DNA of 64,000 nt from Andalucia godoyi And28 (taxonomy: Eukaryota > Protista > Jakobida): contig VRVR01000008.1 in the NCBI GenBank assembly GCA_009859145.1, positions 9,494-73,493 of the forward strand, written 5' to 3'. Positions 1-9,818 of the stretch are shown here, piece by piece. The notes below the pieces were generated by a model. That model saw only the letters and a program-made list of their open reading frames with translations, did no database searches and was not told the DNA's origin. A program made the translations under genes and the position numbers. Position 1 is the first letter of the stretch, and every line of letters starts with the position of its first letter.

Positions 1-2
1 CG

Positions 3-1811
3 ATTCTGGGCCATCAGCACTGCTCGCTGCACAGTATCAGAACTGGAGGCGATGTTGTCGGAGGAGTCGTCGTCGTCGGAACTGAACTGGCACCACTGGC
101 GCAAGAGATACGAGGACAGTTCCAAGTCCCAAACGCCGTGGCATAGCCGAGCGGCTTCACGGACAACCAGCGAAATTCGGTGCAGCGGCTCTCCGCGGAT
201 CTCATTCACGTGTTTTCTGCTTCCAAGAATGTGGAATCCAAACGCAAGAAGAACATCCGGAGAATCGGGGAACTTCTGAACGAGGGACGAATGCAGAAAG
301 TCTACATATTTGACTAAACCGTCAACCATGCACAGGTTCTCCACTTCCGCCAGATCCGCCGATTCACTCTCGTGAGACGACGCCACAGACAGTTCTGAGT
401 GAATTCGCCGAGGAGCTCCAGAGCGAGGTGTCCTCAGCGAAGCAGACATCTCTGCTGGAGCCTGGGACAGTTGGTGACGAATTTGCTTTAGCTGGGGCTT
501 CAAATAAAAGCGCTCGAAAATGCTCACGTTCGAAGCCGTAAACCACGGCGATTTGCATTGCACAAGACTGAGCTGGTTGTCGTACGAGTTTCTAGTGGGC
601 TTTCGTGGGACCGCCATTTCCGGATCCTGGGAGGTGCCACCCAAGCCGTCTTGCGAGCTCAGATCATCGGCGTCGTTGGCGTCTGCAGAATCAAAGTACA
701 CAAAGTAGCGGTATCCGGGAAGTGCAAACATGGATTCGCGAATCTTTCGGACGTAAACCACAGGGAATACGACACCCATGGCAAGCCCGCAGACGATCGA
801 AATCACAAAAGCTGCAATGCACCATCCCAGGGAGTTAGTCGACGTTCCCAGGGAGGAAAAGAAGAAGAGAACACCGGAAACTGCAACGAAAGCGACAGAG
901 GCGATTCTGATTCCGTTTGCAGAAAAGCTGAAGAATGGAAGCTTTTTCATGTGGAGGTACGCCGACACGCAAGACAACACCGCAAAGGACAAGTAGATCC
1001 ACGTGGAAAGGCCTCCCAACATGAATTCAAACAAAACCATGAGAAACTTGGAAACGAAAAACAGCGCCTCAATGCGACCGCTGATCAGCGACTTTCGTTG
1101 ATCGAAAACAGAAAATGACCAAAACGCGGATAAGAAGAACAACAATACCGTGATCACCGCAAGAAGAGCAATGGAAGTCGCGTCCGAACTGATGCTCGTC
1201 AGGTACGATCCAAACGACAGCGGACTGGTGATTCCCCAGCCGAAGAGCGTCAGGAAAGGAACAAACAAAACGTACATGGACACGGGGACCACAAACGCCG
1301 TGAATTTGATGAGCGCATCATTTGGGCGCATGGCACTCAGCGCCGAGCGGATGGACAAGAACACCACAAAGAAACACGCTGCATATACGATCAGCAGCAG
1401 CGAAAAGATCACAGTTAGAATGTCGGACGGCAGATACGCGATGCCAAGCGTGCGGATCACAAACAGCACGCTTGCACCGTCTTGATTGGCAGAGGTGTTC
1501 AGCAGCGGGAGCACAAATGCCAGAGTCGCCGTTTGGATTCCTTCAACGACCAAACAGGCCAACAGGAGCCAGGGGTTCAGCGAGAACCGGAGAAGGTTCG
1601 TGATCATCCCGAAGCAAACGCTCTTCAACGTAACGTTTAACGACTGCAGATCGTCTGCGTCGTTTTCCGGTTCGAAATCTCCAACACTGTTTCCTCCTTG
1701 CGCCTCGGAAGGCTCGCGTGCAGGAAACGCGTTGTTACTGCCATGCGTAGGGGAATACATCAAGGACGGCGGTGCATCCACAATCACCCCGTTGTCTTTA
1801 GGGTCCGCCAT
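3..1811 (-). CDS. Multi-pass membrane protein, probably TmcB/TmcC (tiny macrocysts)-like; 3' partial
   Basis: Hand translation from ATG at 1811 (MADPKDNGVIVDAPP...) gives 603 codons with no stop up to the window edge, so it is absent from the ORF track. About 8 hydrophobic segments, then YLHMKKLPFFSFSANGIR and a helical segment LVQKFPDSPDVLLAFGFHIL resembling TmcB-type proteins. Family call is from memory. Confidence 0.6.
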   Translation of the reverse strand, partial: MADPKDNGVIVDAPPSLMYSPTHGSNNAFPAREPSEAQGGNSVGDFEPENDADDLQSLNVTLKSVCFGMITNLLRFSLNPWLLLACLVVEGIQTATLAFVLPLLNTSANQDGASVLFVIRTLGIAYLPSDILTVIFSLLLIVYAACFFVVFLSIRSALSAMRPNDALIKFTAFVVPVSMYVLFVPFLTLFGWGITSPLSFGSYLTSISSDATSIALLAVITVLLFFLSAFWSFSVFDQRKSLISGRIEALFFVSKFLMVLFEFMLGGLSTWIYLSFAVLSCVSAYLHMKKLPFFSFSANGIRIASVAFVAVSGVLFFFSSLGTSTNSLGWCIAAFVISIVCGLAMGVVFPVVYVRKIRESMFALPGYRYFVYFDSADANDADDLSSQDGLGGTSQDPEMAVPRKPTRNSYDNQLSLVQCKSPWFTASNVSIFERFYLKPQLKQIRHQLSQAPAEMSASLRTPRSGAPRRIHSELSVASSHESESADLAEVENLCMVDGLVKYVDFLHSSLVQKFPDSPDVLLAFGFHILGSRKHVNEIRGEPLHRISLVVREAARLCHGVWDLELSSYLLRQWCQFSSDDDDSSDNIASSSDTVQRAVLMAQN

Positions 1812-2026
1812 TGCACTTTTTTCGGAGAAACTGTTGCCGATGGCTTCGGAATGTTTTGTTGTTGTTGTTTTCCGTAGGAACGGGGAAATGAGAGAAGGGG
1901 GGAAATGAAGAAGAAGAAGAAGAAGAAGAAGAAGAAAGGGAAGGTTTGACGAAGAAGACGAAACCACCCAACGCGCACTTTAAATGCTCCACGCCGCATT
2001 CGTGAACGCGAGCCCCAGCACAAGAA

Positions 2027-2584
2027 TCAGTTTATTCGTTCAACTCTATGAGCTCGCACCGCGCATGATGTCCGGGAGGATAACACAGACCACTGCTTGT
2101 TCAAAAGTTGTAGCTGCGAAGAACGCTGATCAGTAGCACTTAGTGATCCAACTACCGTGGAACGGGCGGAGTCAAGAGAGATGTCCTCCCAGCCTGATGA
2201 TGACTCGCTCTTACATTCTTTTTTCGACTCCGAACTGCTTGCACTGGTAGCTGTCTGGTTTCTGAGACATGCGACCAGCACGGATCTGCATGCGATGTAG
2301 CCGTGAACCAGCCTGCATAACAGCTGAGCAGCAGCGGCAGTTCGTCCGGAGATCAGAACATACAAACTGCTTGGAAGCGGGTTCGCTGAGCTGCGTGTCA
2401 CCAATCGGCGAGCGCTGTTCTGGAACCGATGGGACCACGAATGGTCAATTGCTTTCTCGGGGGACAGGAAGCTCGCCCGGAAACCGGTGTGACATTCGTG
2501 CATTCCGTTTGGCGGTTGTTGACACCAGGTTCCATTTTGCAGCGCAGTTTCCCTTTCTTGGAAATTTACGGTAATCAGTAGCAT
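2027..2584 (-). CDS. Hypothetical protein (about 185 aa)
   Basis: Open frame in GC-balanced sequence with ATG at 2584. No recognisable motif; could be 5' UTR of the downstream membrane-protein gene. Confidence 0.3.
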   Translation of the reverse strand: MLLITVNFQERETALQNGTWCQQPPNGMHECHTGFRASFLSPEKAIDHSWSHRFQNSARRLVTRSSANPLPSSLYVLISGRTAAAAQLLCRLVHGYIACRSVLVACLRNQTATSASSSESKKECKSESSSGWEDISLDSARSTVVGSLSATDQRSSQLQLLNKQWSVLSSRTSCAVRAHRVERIN

Positions 2585-2744
2585 CAATTGATTCAGGCCA
2601 AGATTTTTCCCCTTCCTCCACCCTCCTCGTTATTGGCTGCTTTTCCCGCCAATGTTGTGTTTTTCAGAATGCTTCTTCTATTCGCAAAAACACGCATCCG
2701 ACCGTTATCCCGTTCTCGCACTCCACAGGTCAGCCTTTTTATTT

Positions 2745-3853
2745 ATGGATCCAGAAATTAAGAAACTGCTTCACGACCTTCGGCTGTCGGAGTCGGTATG
2801 ATGTCCGTCTTCTCACCTATTTTTTCCTTCCTTCCGTGTGTTTTCCTCCCCTCTGTCGCCGCCTCTCTTCTTGAAAATGCGATGTTTACCGTGTCGGTTT
2901 TTCTTTTTTCTTTTTATTTTGTTTTCTCGTTTGTTTATTGTTTTTGTCTTCTTCTTAAATTTTAAACGGATTGGTCCCTCGCCACTGCTTTCTGGTCATC
3001 CTTTTGTGCGCAGACTTCCCAGACTGGCCACGCTCCTGGTGAGAATGACGTTCACATCGGATCTACGTTACAAGATCGGGTTACCATGCTTGCGGGTAAA
3101 CTTTCACGAATGGAACAGAATGCGGCAATCGCAAAGTCCTACAATGCAACGGACTCGCGACTGCTGCCGTGTTTGCAAATTCGAGAGTATGCGACGGATG
3201 AGAATGGCGCAGTTGCCTCAAATCCAGTGATCCGCCCGGACCGAGCAATGGTCGAAAATGCTTCGATTCATTCTCATTTTGGTGTCAGTTTTTATGTTGT
3301 GCAGAATGTCGTGAATGTTGTCACCCAGCGCCAAAACATTGCGGTCGTTGGGTCGATACACGGTCGTGCAGTGGGGTTGGAGTATGTCATCAACATGCAG
3401 AAGCAGCTTGTGGCGGAACTACGGATTGATGTGGATGCGTTGTTGTTGAAACCGCTGTCGCTGTTCATCGAGGCCTGCGAGTCTTCCAAATCCCCGGGTC
3501 TCTTTCTGCATGTGTTCTCGCAGTACGCCCTCTTGCTGAACGAAAGACGCAAATGGTTTGCAGAATTGCAGTCGCACAACCCGAGTGTTGTGCAATGGGA
3601 GGGACCCAGCTCGGATCACGTTCGCCTCACTCTCACATCTGGCCTTGTTTTGAAGCTTGTTTGGAATGTTTTCGTACACGGCAACGCTGCTCATGCGCAA
3701 ACGAGTCTCCTTTCGTTGTCGTCTCTCCGAGTCAGTAGAGCCGATGGTGCCGACCGTTTGATCTCGCAGGTGACGGCTTTGTGGCCCGACCTTGTGAATG
3801 AATACGGCATGAAAGGAGCCTTGGATCGAATACTGTGTACTGTATCCGCGTAA
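2745..3853 (+). CDS. CENPP: Centromere protein P (CENP-P/Ctf19)-like RWD kinetochore protein; exons 2745-2795 and 3014-3853
   Basis: LSLFIEACESSKSPGLFLHVFSQYALLLNERRKWFAELQSHNPSVVQWEGPSS...LKLVWNVFV...LVNEYGMKGALDRIL parallels vertebrate CENP-P (EGPSS, LVIVW, LGIEAALESLI). A phase-0 GT-AG intron joins MDPEIKKLLHDLRLSES in frame. Confidence 0.72.
2796..3013 (+). other. Spliceosomal intron in CENP-P-like gene
   Basis: GTATGA donor, T-rich body, TGTGCGCAG acceptor; removal restores a continuous frame. Confidence 0.7.
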
Positions 3854-4005
3854 CAAGATCCGTATTTTAAAAAAACGTTCCTTTTTTTTTTCAGGTTTAT
3901 CAAGTCACACACGCACACTTGCAGAGGATTCCTGCGCTGACTACAACGCTTAGGAACCGTATTTACAATTGCAACGAAAAGCACACTAGCAACAAATAAG
4001 GCTGC

Positions 4006-4923
4006 CTACAAACTAAACGCGATGTCGTCTTCGGATGCAAGCGGGTATCTCGGAAACGTCAGCGGAAGCGCTTCCTGAGCAGGAACGGTGCTGTCTCCAT
4101 CGTTGCTGCTTGCTTTTGCCGCGGGCTCCGGGCTGGCCGGGCGGTTCTCCCCTCCCTTGGTTTCTTGTTGCGGTGCGGTCGACTGAGTCACTGTCGAAGG
4201 ATTCGTATAATCAACTTTGATCTCGACAGCAACCCCCGTTCCAGACGCGGTTTTCCTTGTACGCTTTCGCGTCCTTTCCTTGTCCTCTCGGACCTCGGAT
4301 CGCTCCCTCTTCAGAGTCTGGTTGTTCCTTGCAGTTTTCTGATGCAACGGGCAGAACCTCGAGATCCCATTTCGAATAATGGGGCATTTGCATGTCTTTT
4401 GTGCACAAGGAATCCACATCTTTTGGTGTTCATCCGAAAGAATGTGATTGATGCAGAAATGAGTGAGGGGAATCACTGGATTATTGCATCTCGACTTGGA
4501 ACAGCTCGGAGCCTCATATTCCTTTTGTCCAACAATCGGCTTCGGTCTTGCTAACGATGCCTGTCCTTCTACCAGCGAGCCTGCGCCACCTTCTTCCGGA
4601 ATGCGTGGAAGCTTGATCTTCACGGTCGTGTCGGACACTGCAAGTGCGGAAGCGCCACCTTGGCTTGCGGATGACCCGGTGGTGGTCTGGTGACTGGGAT
4701 CCGAAACGAGGGAAGAAAGCTGGGCCTGTCGAACATTCTGGAACGCAGAATAGCGCTTGTGCAGAAGAGATCGCAGTTGCATGTACTGTGCTCGATACAG
4801 GTGGATCATCGATACAATCCGGTCGCGGCGCTGCGAAAGGAACTCGGACGGAGTCAGCAGTCGAGGAGACGTGTGTCCCGCCGACGAAGACGATGTCGAA
4901 GAAGACAGCGGATGAGAATTCAT
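4006..4923 (-). CDS. INO80 complex subunit D / KANSL2-like protein (zf-C3Hc3H)
   Basis: CSKSRCNNPVIPLTHFCINHILSDEHQKMWIPCAQKTCKCPII...FCPLH tandem C3H motif and N-terminal helix RRDRIVSMIHLYRAQYMQLRSLL. First ATG at 4923 (the track starts at a GTG upstream). Confidence 0.75.
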   Translation of the reverse strand: MNSHPLSSSTSSSSAGHTSPRLLTPSEFLSQRRDRIVSMIHLYRAQYMQLRSLLHKRYSAFQNVRQAQLSSLVSDPSHQTTTGSSASQGGASALAVSDTTVKIKLPRIPEEGGAGSLVEGQASLARPKPIVGQKEYEAPSCSKSRCNNPVIPLTHFCINHILSDEHQKMWIPCAQKTCKCPIIRNGISRFCPLHQKTARNNQTLKRERSEVREDKERTRKRTRKTASGTGVAVEIKVDYTNPSTVTQSTAPQQETKGGENRPASPEPAAKASSNDGDSTVPAQEALPLTFPRYPLASEDDIAFSL

Positions 4924-5273
4924 GTTTTCGTGATTCTCCACGATCAACACAAAAACCACTACTCAAGCTTCGAAGCAAATGCGGCTTACCAAAAGGGGGA
5001 GAGGGGCGAGTCAAGCAACAGTCAACAGATGGGTTGAAAAGCGATCTTGCTTCCCTTTGTTCGCAGTTGCCCACAAAATGCCTGCTGAAAAAAAAGGAGA
5101 GCAATTTTTTTTGGTATTACAACAGGCGAGTGATTTTGCGACGTCATTTCGTTGTTCGTTCGTCTTTCGTTACCTCGAGGTCATCTAAACACGTCTTTCA
5201 ATATTATTGTTTTCTTTTCCCCCGCCCGTTCGTTTCTCCACGTCTGATAAGTCGTTCAATATGTTATGACAAT

Positions 5274-5594
5274 ATGATTCTTCAATGTGTCATGAAGCAT
5301 GTCCGGATTATGACTCCACTGCGACAATTCGCAACACAGCTTCGATTTTCGAGTCCTCATGCTGCGAGCGGGGTGGTTGAGAATATGAATGCAGATGTAG
5401 ATGCGAGTGTGGATGTGGCGGTGTTGGAATCGAAGCGTCCTGCTGCGGATACCATGACCACCGCTCTGGTGCTTATTCCTCCGCGGCAGCCGTTGGACAG
5501 CGAGTGCTGTGGAAATGGCTGCGCCGACTGCGTCTGGATTCAGTACTTCAACGCCGCGGAAGCATATCGCACAGCCGTGCTGCACAACAGCTAA
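5274..5594 (+). CDS. Oxidoreductase-like domain protein (OXLD1-like), probably mitochondrial
   Basis: PPRQPLDSECCGNGCADCVWIQY matches the Oxidored-like CCxxGCxxCVW motif. The Arg-rich, acid-poor N-terminus looks like a presequence. Start ATG at 5274 or 5292; the 316-aa track ORF is an upstream over-extension. Confidence 0.8.
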   Translation: MILQCVMKHVRIMTPLRQFATQLRFSSPHAASGVVENMNADVDASVDVAVLESKRPAADTMTTALVLIPPRQPLDSECCGNGCADCVWIQYFNAAEAYRTAVLHNS

Positions 5595-5900
5595 GAAAAG
5601 AAGACATGGACCATGCTGGATACTCGAGGTTCCCTCTTCGTTCCCTCTTCGTTCCCTCTGGAGTTTTTTCATTTGGTTCTTGCGTTGTTTCGTTTCCCCA
5701 CTGTCGTAAAACGAGGTTCGTTACCGCTACTTGGATGCTGTACGAGATGACGTCAATGAACATCCTCTCCTCTCTCCGTCTGTTTCTCTCCGTCTGTTTC
5801 TCTGATTTTGCTCTTCCGGTAGTTGATTCGTTTTGTTTGTTATTGTTGATGTTTTTGTGGTATCCTTTGCAGGTATTTGGCTTTCGCTATTTTCTACCCA

Positions 5901-7523
5901 ATGAGCGGGGGCGATTCGTCGGATTTTCAATTTCCGGCCTCAGCAGGAGGCGACATGTCGGATCAAATCGGAATGCTGCTGGTTCAGATTGACATTCGCG
6001 ACCGTGAAATTGCCAAGCTCAGTCGCGAAAATGAGCGAATGAAGGACGCCTTGGACGCAATTCAAGATCCCACGACCGCCAAGATCATCGATCTGGCTAA
6101 GAAAAACAGAACTCTCAATGTAAATTCAGAGAGTCTTAAAACGCGAGTTCGCAAACTGGAACTGGAACTGAAAAAGGCGACAGAACAAGTTGCGGCTAAT
6201 GCTGCTGCGGCGGCATCCATGTCTCCAACGACTGCGTCATCATCAACAACTGCTGCAACTGCAATGGGAAATGCCGGTTCAATAAGTTACTCGGCTCTGG
6301 CACAAAAGGATCGAGAAAGAACTGCTTCGAGCGCAGCGTCGTCCGATGAACTCGCCCAGGAGTGGAAGGCAAAGCATGATGCGCTATTTTCCCGATTCAA
6401 CGATTTGCAACTCCAGGCCGCGAGTGCGAAGAATGAGAGTGCAAAACTGAGAATGCTGTTGCAGAAAGAAATTGGCGATGATACAGACATTGCAAAGATT
6501 GCCAAAGAGGACTCCAACTGGAGAGGTAGAGCACAGCAAATCTCACTGCTCAAGATCAAAATCGAAAAGCTGAAGAGAGAGCTGGCTTCGGCCACGGGCA
6601 ATGGAGCCCTTCGTCCGGACACTGCATCAGTTCTTGCCTCCGACTCGGTTTCCATGTACGGCGACTCCGCCACCGTGGTGACAGGAGTGACCACATTGAC
6701 AACTGGCACCACGATGACTTCTGGTGTCCGGTTTGAAGAATTGGAAAGACTCAAAGGAGAATGCAGCGCAAAGGATGAAGAGCTGAGTCAGCTGAAAATC
6801 AAGATTGACGGCTACAAGTCGCGCATTACAAACCTCGAGAGCTACTCGGGGGGGCTCAAATCCAAGATTGCGCTGCTGCTGAACAAGACGGAAAATGATG
6901 ACAAGCTGATCACAACGCTGAAGGAGCAAGTTGTACAGGCACGACGTATGGTCAGCAACTCTAGCGCCGGTGGCGCTGCACCATCGTCTGGCAATTCGAA
7001 GGCCGCTGCGATCCTGTCCGCGAAGGCTACCATCGATGATCTCTCCTCCCAAATTGACCAACTTCGGTCGCAGCTCACAATGTTGTTCGCATCAAAGACA
7101 ACCTATCAGACGGTGAATGGTCTTCGTCAGGCACTGTACAAGGCTTTTGAAGTTCAAAAGAAGCTGGTCTCTTCGCTTGTAGATCTTTGCGGAGGATTGC
7201 ACCTGAAAGGTGCGGTGTCTCTGGATGAGCAGTCTATCGAGATCTCAAATCTCAAGATTGCATTAGACACGTTGACTGCATCGAGGCAAGAAGATTTGCA
7301 ATTGTTCGGCATGCTGAAGAAGATCGAGCCTTCTGAATTGGAACAAATGACTTCCGAGGAAGCAGAGATCGTGAGCGCTGCGGTCAGTTCGAAGGAGGAG
7401 GATGCCAAAGAACTGGAAAAAGAGAATGAACAGCTGAAAGTGGAAGTTAATGAATTGAAGAGTCGCTATAACGCTTTAATGACCAAATCGGCATTGGCCA
7501 ATCGTTCGAAGCAAACATCATAA
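5901..7523 (+). CDS. CCDC13: Coiled-coil protein, CCDC13-like (centriolar satellite)
   Basis: Long heptad helices with AKIIDLAKKNRTLN and WRGRAQQISLLK motifs recalled from CCDC13. ATG at 5901. Confidence 0.65.
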   Translation: MSGGDSSDFQFPASAGGDMSDQIGMLLVQIDIRDREIAKLSRENERMKDALDAIQDPTTAKIIDLAKKNRTLNVNSESLKTRVRKLELELKKATEQVAANAAAAASMSPTTASSSTTAATAMGNAGSISYSALAQKDRERTASSAASSDELAQEWKAKHDALFSRFNDLQLQAASAKNESAKLRMLLQKEIGDDTDIAKIAKEDSNWRGRAQQISLLKIKIEKLKRELASATGNGALRPDTASVLASDSVSMYGDSATVVTGVTTLTTGTTMTSGVRFEELERLKGECSAKDEELSQLKIKIDGYKSRITNLESYSGGLKSKIALLLNKTENDDKLITTLKEQVVQARRMVSNSSAGGAAPSSGNSKAAAILSAKATIDDLSSQIDQLRSQLTMLFASKTTYQTVNGLRQALYKAFEVQKKLVSSLVDLCGGLHLKGAVSLDEQSIEISNLKIALDTLTASRQEDLQLFGMLKKIEPSELEQMTSEEAEIVSAAVSSKEEDAKELEKENEQLKVEVNELKSRYNALMTKSALANRSKQTS

Positions 7524-7654
7524 ACGAGTCTTTTTCTTTTGTGTGTGTGTGTGTGTGTTGATTTTGTTGATTTTGTTGTTGTTTTTCTTTTGCCATTTAC
7601 AAGAGCAACGTACCTCAAAAAACAAAGCGAAAAGGCAAGTCGACGCGGTTCTCA

Positions 7655-9499
7655 TTAAAGATGGGAATGGGAACTGGTGCCGTCGAAGTTGATGAACTGC
7701 GACACCACATCAGGAGATGTGGGACCGAGGGATTCAAAAACACTACGTGACTCCCGAGGATCCTGGTCCAAATCCATAGAGGATGACGAATCTGATGGTT
7801 GAGACTGCAGAGGATGATGATGTATCGAGGACGCCTCCTCTTCCAATTCCGAAATGCGAGAATATACGTCTTCGATGGTCCAAGACATTTGCGATCCTTG
7901 CGAAGCGGATCTCGATCGAGAAGACGTTGAGGAGGCAACGGGTGAGTCCCCAGCACCCACGTCGAGAAACTGCAACACGCTCAGGGAGAGGTCTGCGCCT
8001 GCATTCTCCGTCTCCTCTTCCTTCATGTGGACGTCAGACACGTTGGCAGACTTGAGAGACAGGCTGCGAACACGGTCCACGCGGGCAGATGGGACATGCT
8101 TCTTTGAAAGAATCATCGCAGCGATCGACGCATCCGATGCTGTCGATGATGATCCGGGGCCGGAGTGGTCTGAGTGCGACAACAGCGATCCCACTCTCGC
8201 ATCTGCTTCCCCGGGAATGGAGAAGGGAAATATGGATCCAGAGTTTGAAGACCCGTAAATGCCAGTGTTTGGGTAGGAGTGATGCCGAATACGATGCAAA
8301 TTTCTGTGTTGACTCCCTTCAAGATCCGGCATATTTTGCGGCACCTGTGACAGAACCGGCGGATCTGCAGGTGCAGGTGCGGCTGCGGATTGAGCCGAAA
8401 GGTGAGATGGGCTCGAATGGTGAGGGTGATGATGAGGGTGAGGGTGAGGGTGAGGGAGAGGAACGGGATGATGAACTTGCGCAGCAGTCGAATGTCCATG
8501 GTGTTGCACAGGCGGACAGCCTACAGGGAAATGCAAACCAGGCATTGGTAGCATCGGCAAACCCATGATTTGCGGTGCATTCGAAAGAACGCTCCAGTTG
8601 GGATTGAAAAAAGCACCACCTCCACTCTGAGCATCTGAAAAGGCACCGGATGCCGCAGCAGCATTCACAGCAAGCCCTCGCCCACTGACGCTCGAAGCCA
8701 CATGGACATTCGCGGAAAGCGCAACCTGGCTGGCAAACGGCATGTTGGCAACACTTGAGGGCTGCGAAGAGGCTTGCATGAAGCTCGAGTTTGACGGAGG
8801 ACAGTAAGACGGGACGGATGGCCAGCTACACGCCAACTGCTGGACTTTTCGATGGATGTTCGCAGGAAGGGTCAGCAGGCCGTGAGAACGCTGCATGGCA
8901 ATCGACTCCTCCGGGTATCGATGGAAAACATAGCCGAGATCGTCCAACAAGCAGCAAACCTGGTGTTCGTCGAGTTCGAAAATGACCCTTTTGAGATGTT
9001 CGGAGAGCGGATTGGATGCCTTTTCAATTTCCAAAAATCGAGTGCGCAGCTGTGTGTCTGTGCGTCCAGGAAACCCATACATTGACAGCTTCTCTGCGAC
9101 AAGGCTCCACGCATGCGATCCGTACTTCTTCACAAGAAACGAAAAGTGATATAATTCGTGAATGGAAAACTTTTCTCTTCTGACATGCCCTCCGATCACG
9201 CGATTCCACCGCTGGTATGTGGAATAGCTGTCCTTGGTCCCCACGTACTCCGAAATCCGTTTCCAGTTCCGCCCGCCGAACAACTCGACTGCTTCGCGGA
9301 GTTTCTTGTCTTCTTCGGTGGTCCACTTGACTGCTTTTCTTCGAGACTTCATCGAAGCACTAATACTCGAGGACGAAGCGGGGCTGTCTGCGTGCACGCT
9401 TTCCGAACTGCCAATGCGGCTCATTTCACGCGGCGAAGCAGCACAAGGACCAGAAGTTGTGATTTCTAGATCCGGGACTCTAGCAGACATTAAGTGCAT
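7655..9499 (-). CDS. Myb/SANT-repeat transcription factor
   Basis: KWTTEEDKKLREAVELFGGRNWKRISEYVGTKDSYSTYQRW and a second degenerate repeat KKYGSHAWSLVAEKL...GRTDTQLRTRF, followed by a Ser/Pro/His low-complexity tail. Confidence 0.88.
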   Translation of the reverse strand: MHLMSARVPDLEITTSGPCAASPREMSRIGSSESVHADSPASSSSISASMKSRRKAVKWTTEEDKKLREAVELFGGRNWKRISEYVGTKDSYSTYQRWNRVIGGHVRREKFSIHELYHFSFLVKKYGSHAWSLVAEKLSMYGFPGRTDTQLRTRFLEIEKASNPLSEHLKRVIFELDEHQVCCLLDDLGYVFHRYPEESIAMQRSHGLLTLPANIHRKVQQLACSWPSVPSYCPPSNSSFMQASSQPSSVANMPFASQVALSANVHVASSVSGRGLAVNAAAASGAFSDAQSGGGAFFNPNWSVLSNAPQIMGLPMLPMPGLHFPVGCPPVQHHGHSTAAQVHHPVPLPHPHPHPHHHPHHSSPSHLSAQSAAAPAPADPPVLSQVPQNMPDLEGSQHRNLHRIRHHSYPNTGIYGSSNSGSIFPFSIPGEADARVGSLLSHSDHSGPGSSSTASDASIAAMILSKKHVPSARVDRVRSLSLKSANVSDVHMKEEETENAGADLSLSVLQFLDVGAGDSPVASSTSSRSRSASQGSQMSWTIEDVYSRISELEEEASSIHHHPLQSQPSDSSSSMDLDQDPRESRSVFESLGPTSPDVVSQFINFDGTSSHSHL

Positions 9500-9777
9500 T
9501 GATCAGACAGGAGGGGAAAAACGGAGAAGGGGGGGAGCGGGAAAGGAAAAAACCAGTGACTAAGGGGAACGACAACGAGACAAAGTGAAAGAAATATTTT
9601 TTAAAAAAATTGAAAGCCACAGAGGAAGTCAGACGGCGAAATGACACGAACGAACGAATCGAGAGACGAGAGGAGACGCGATGGGAATTCACGAAGCAGG
9701 AACAAAAACGATCGACAGCGTCCCACCGATGATCATAGCCACGCAAAACCAGACTCACTGAAAGGAAGAACGAGAAA

Positions 9778-9818
9778 CAACGAGAAGAACGAGAAGAACG
9801 AGAAGAACGAGAAGAACG
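9778..9818. repeat. AACGAGAAG 9-mer tandem repeat (about 4 copies)
   Basis: Read directly; upstream of the Myb gene. Confidence 0.85.
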
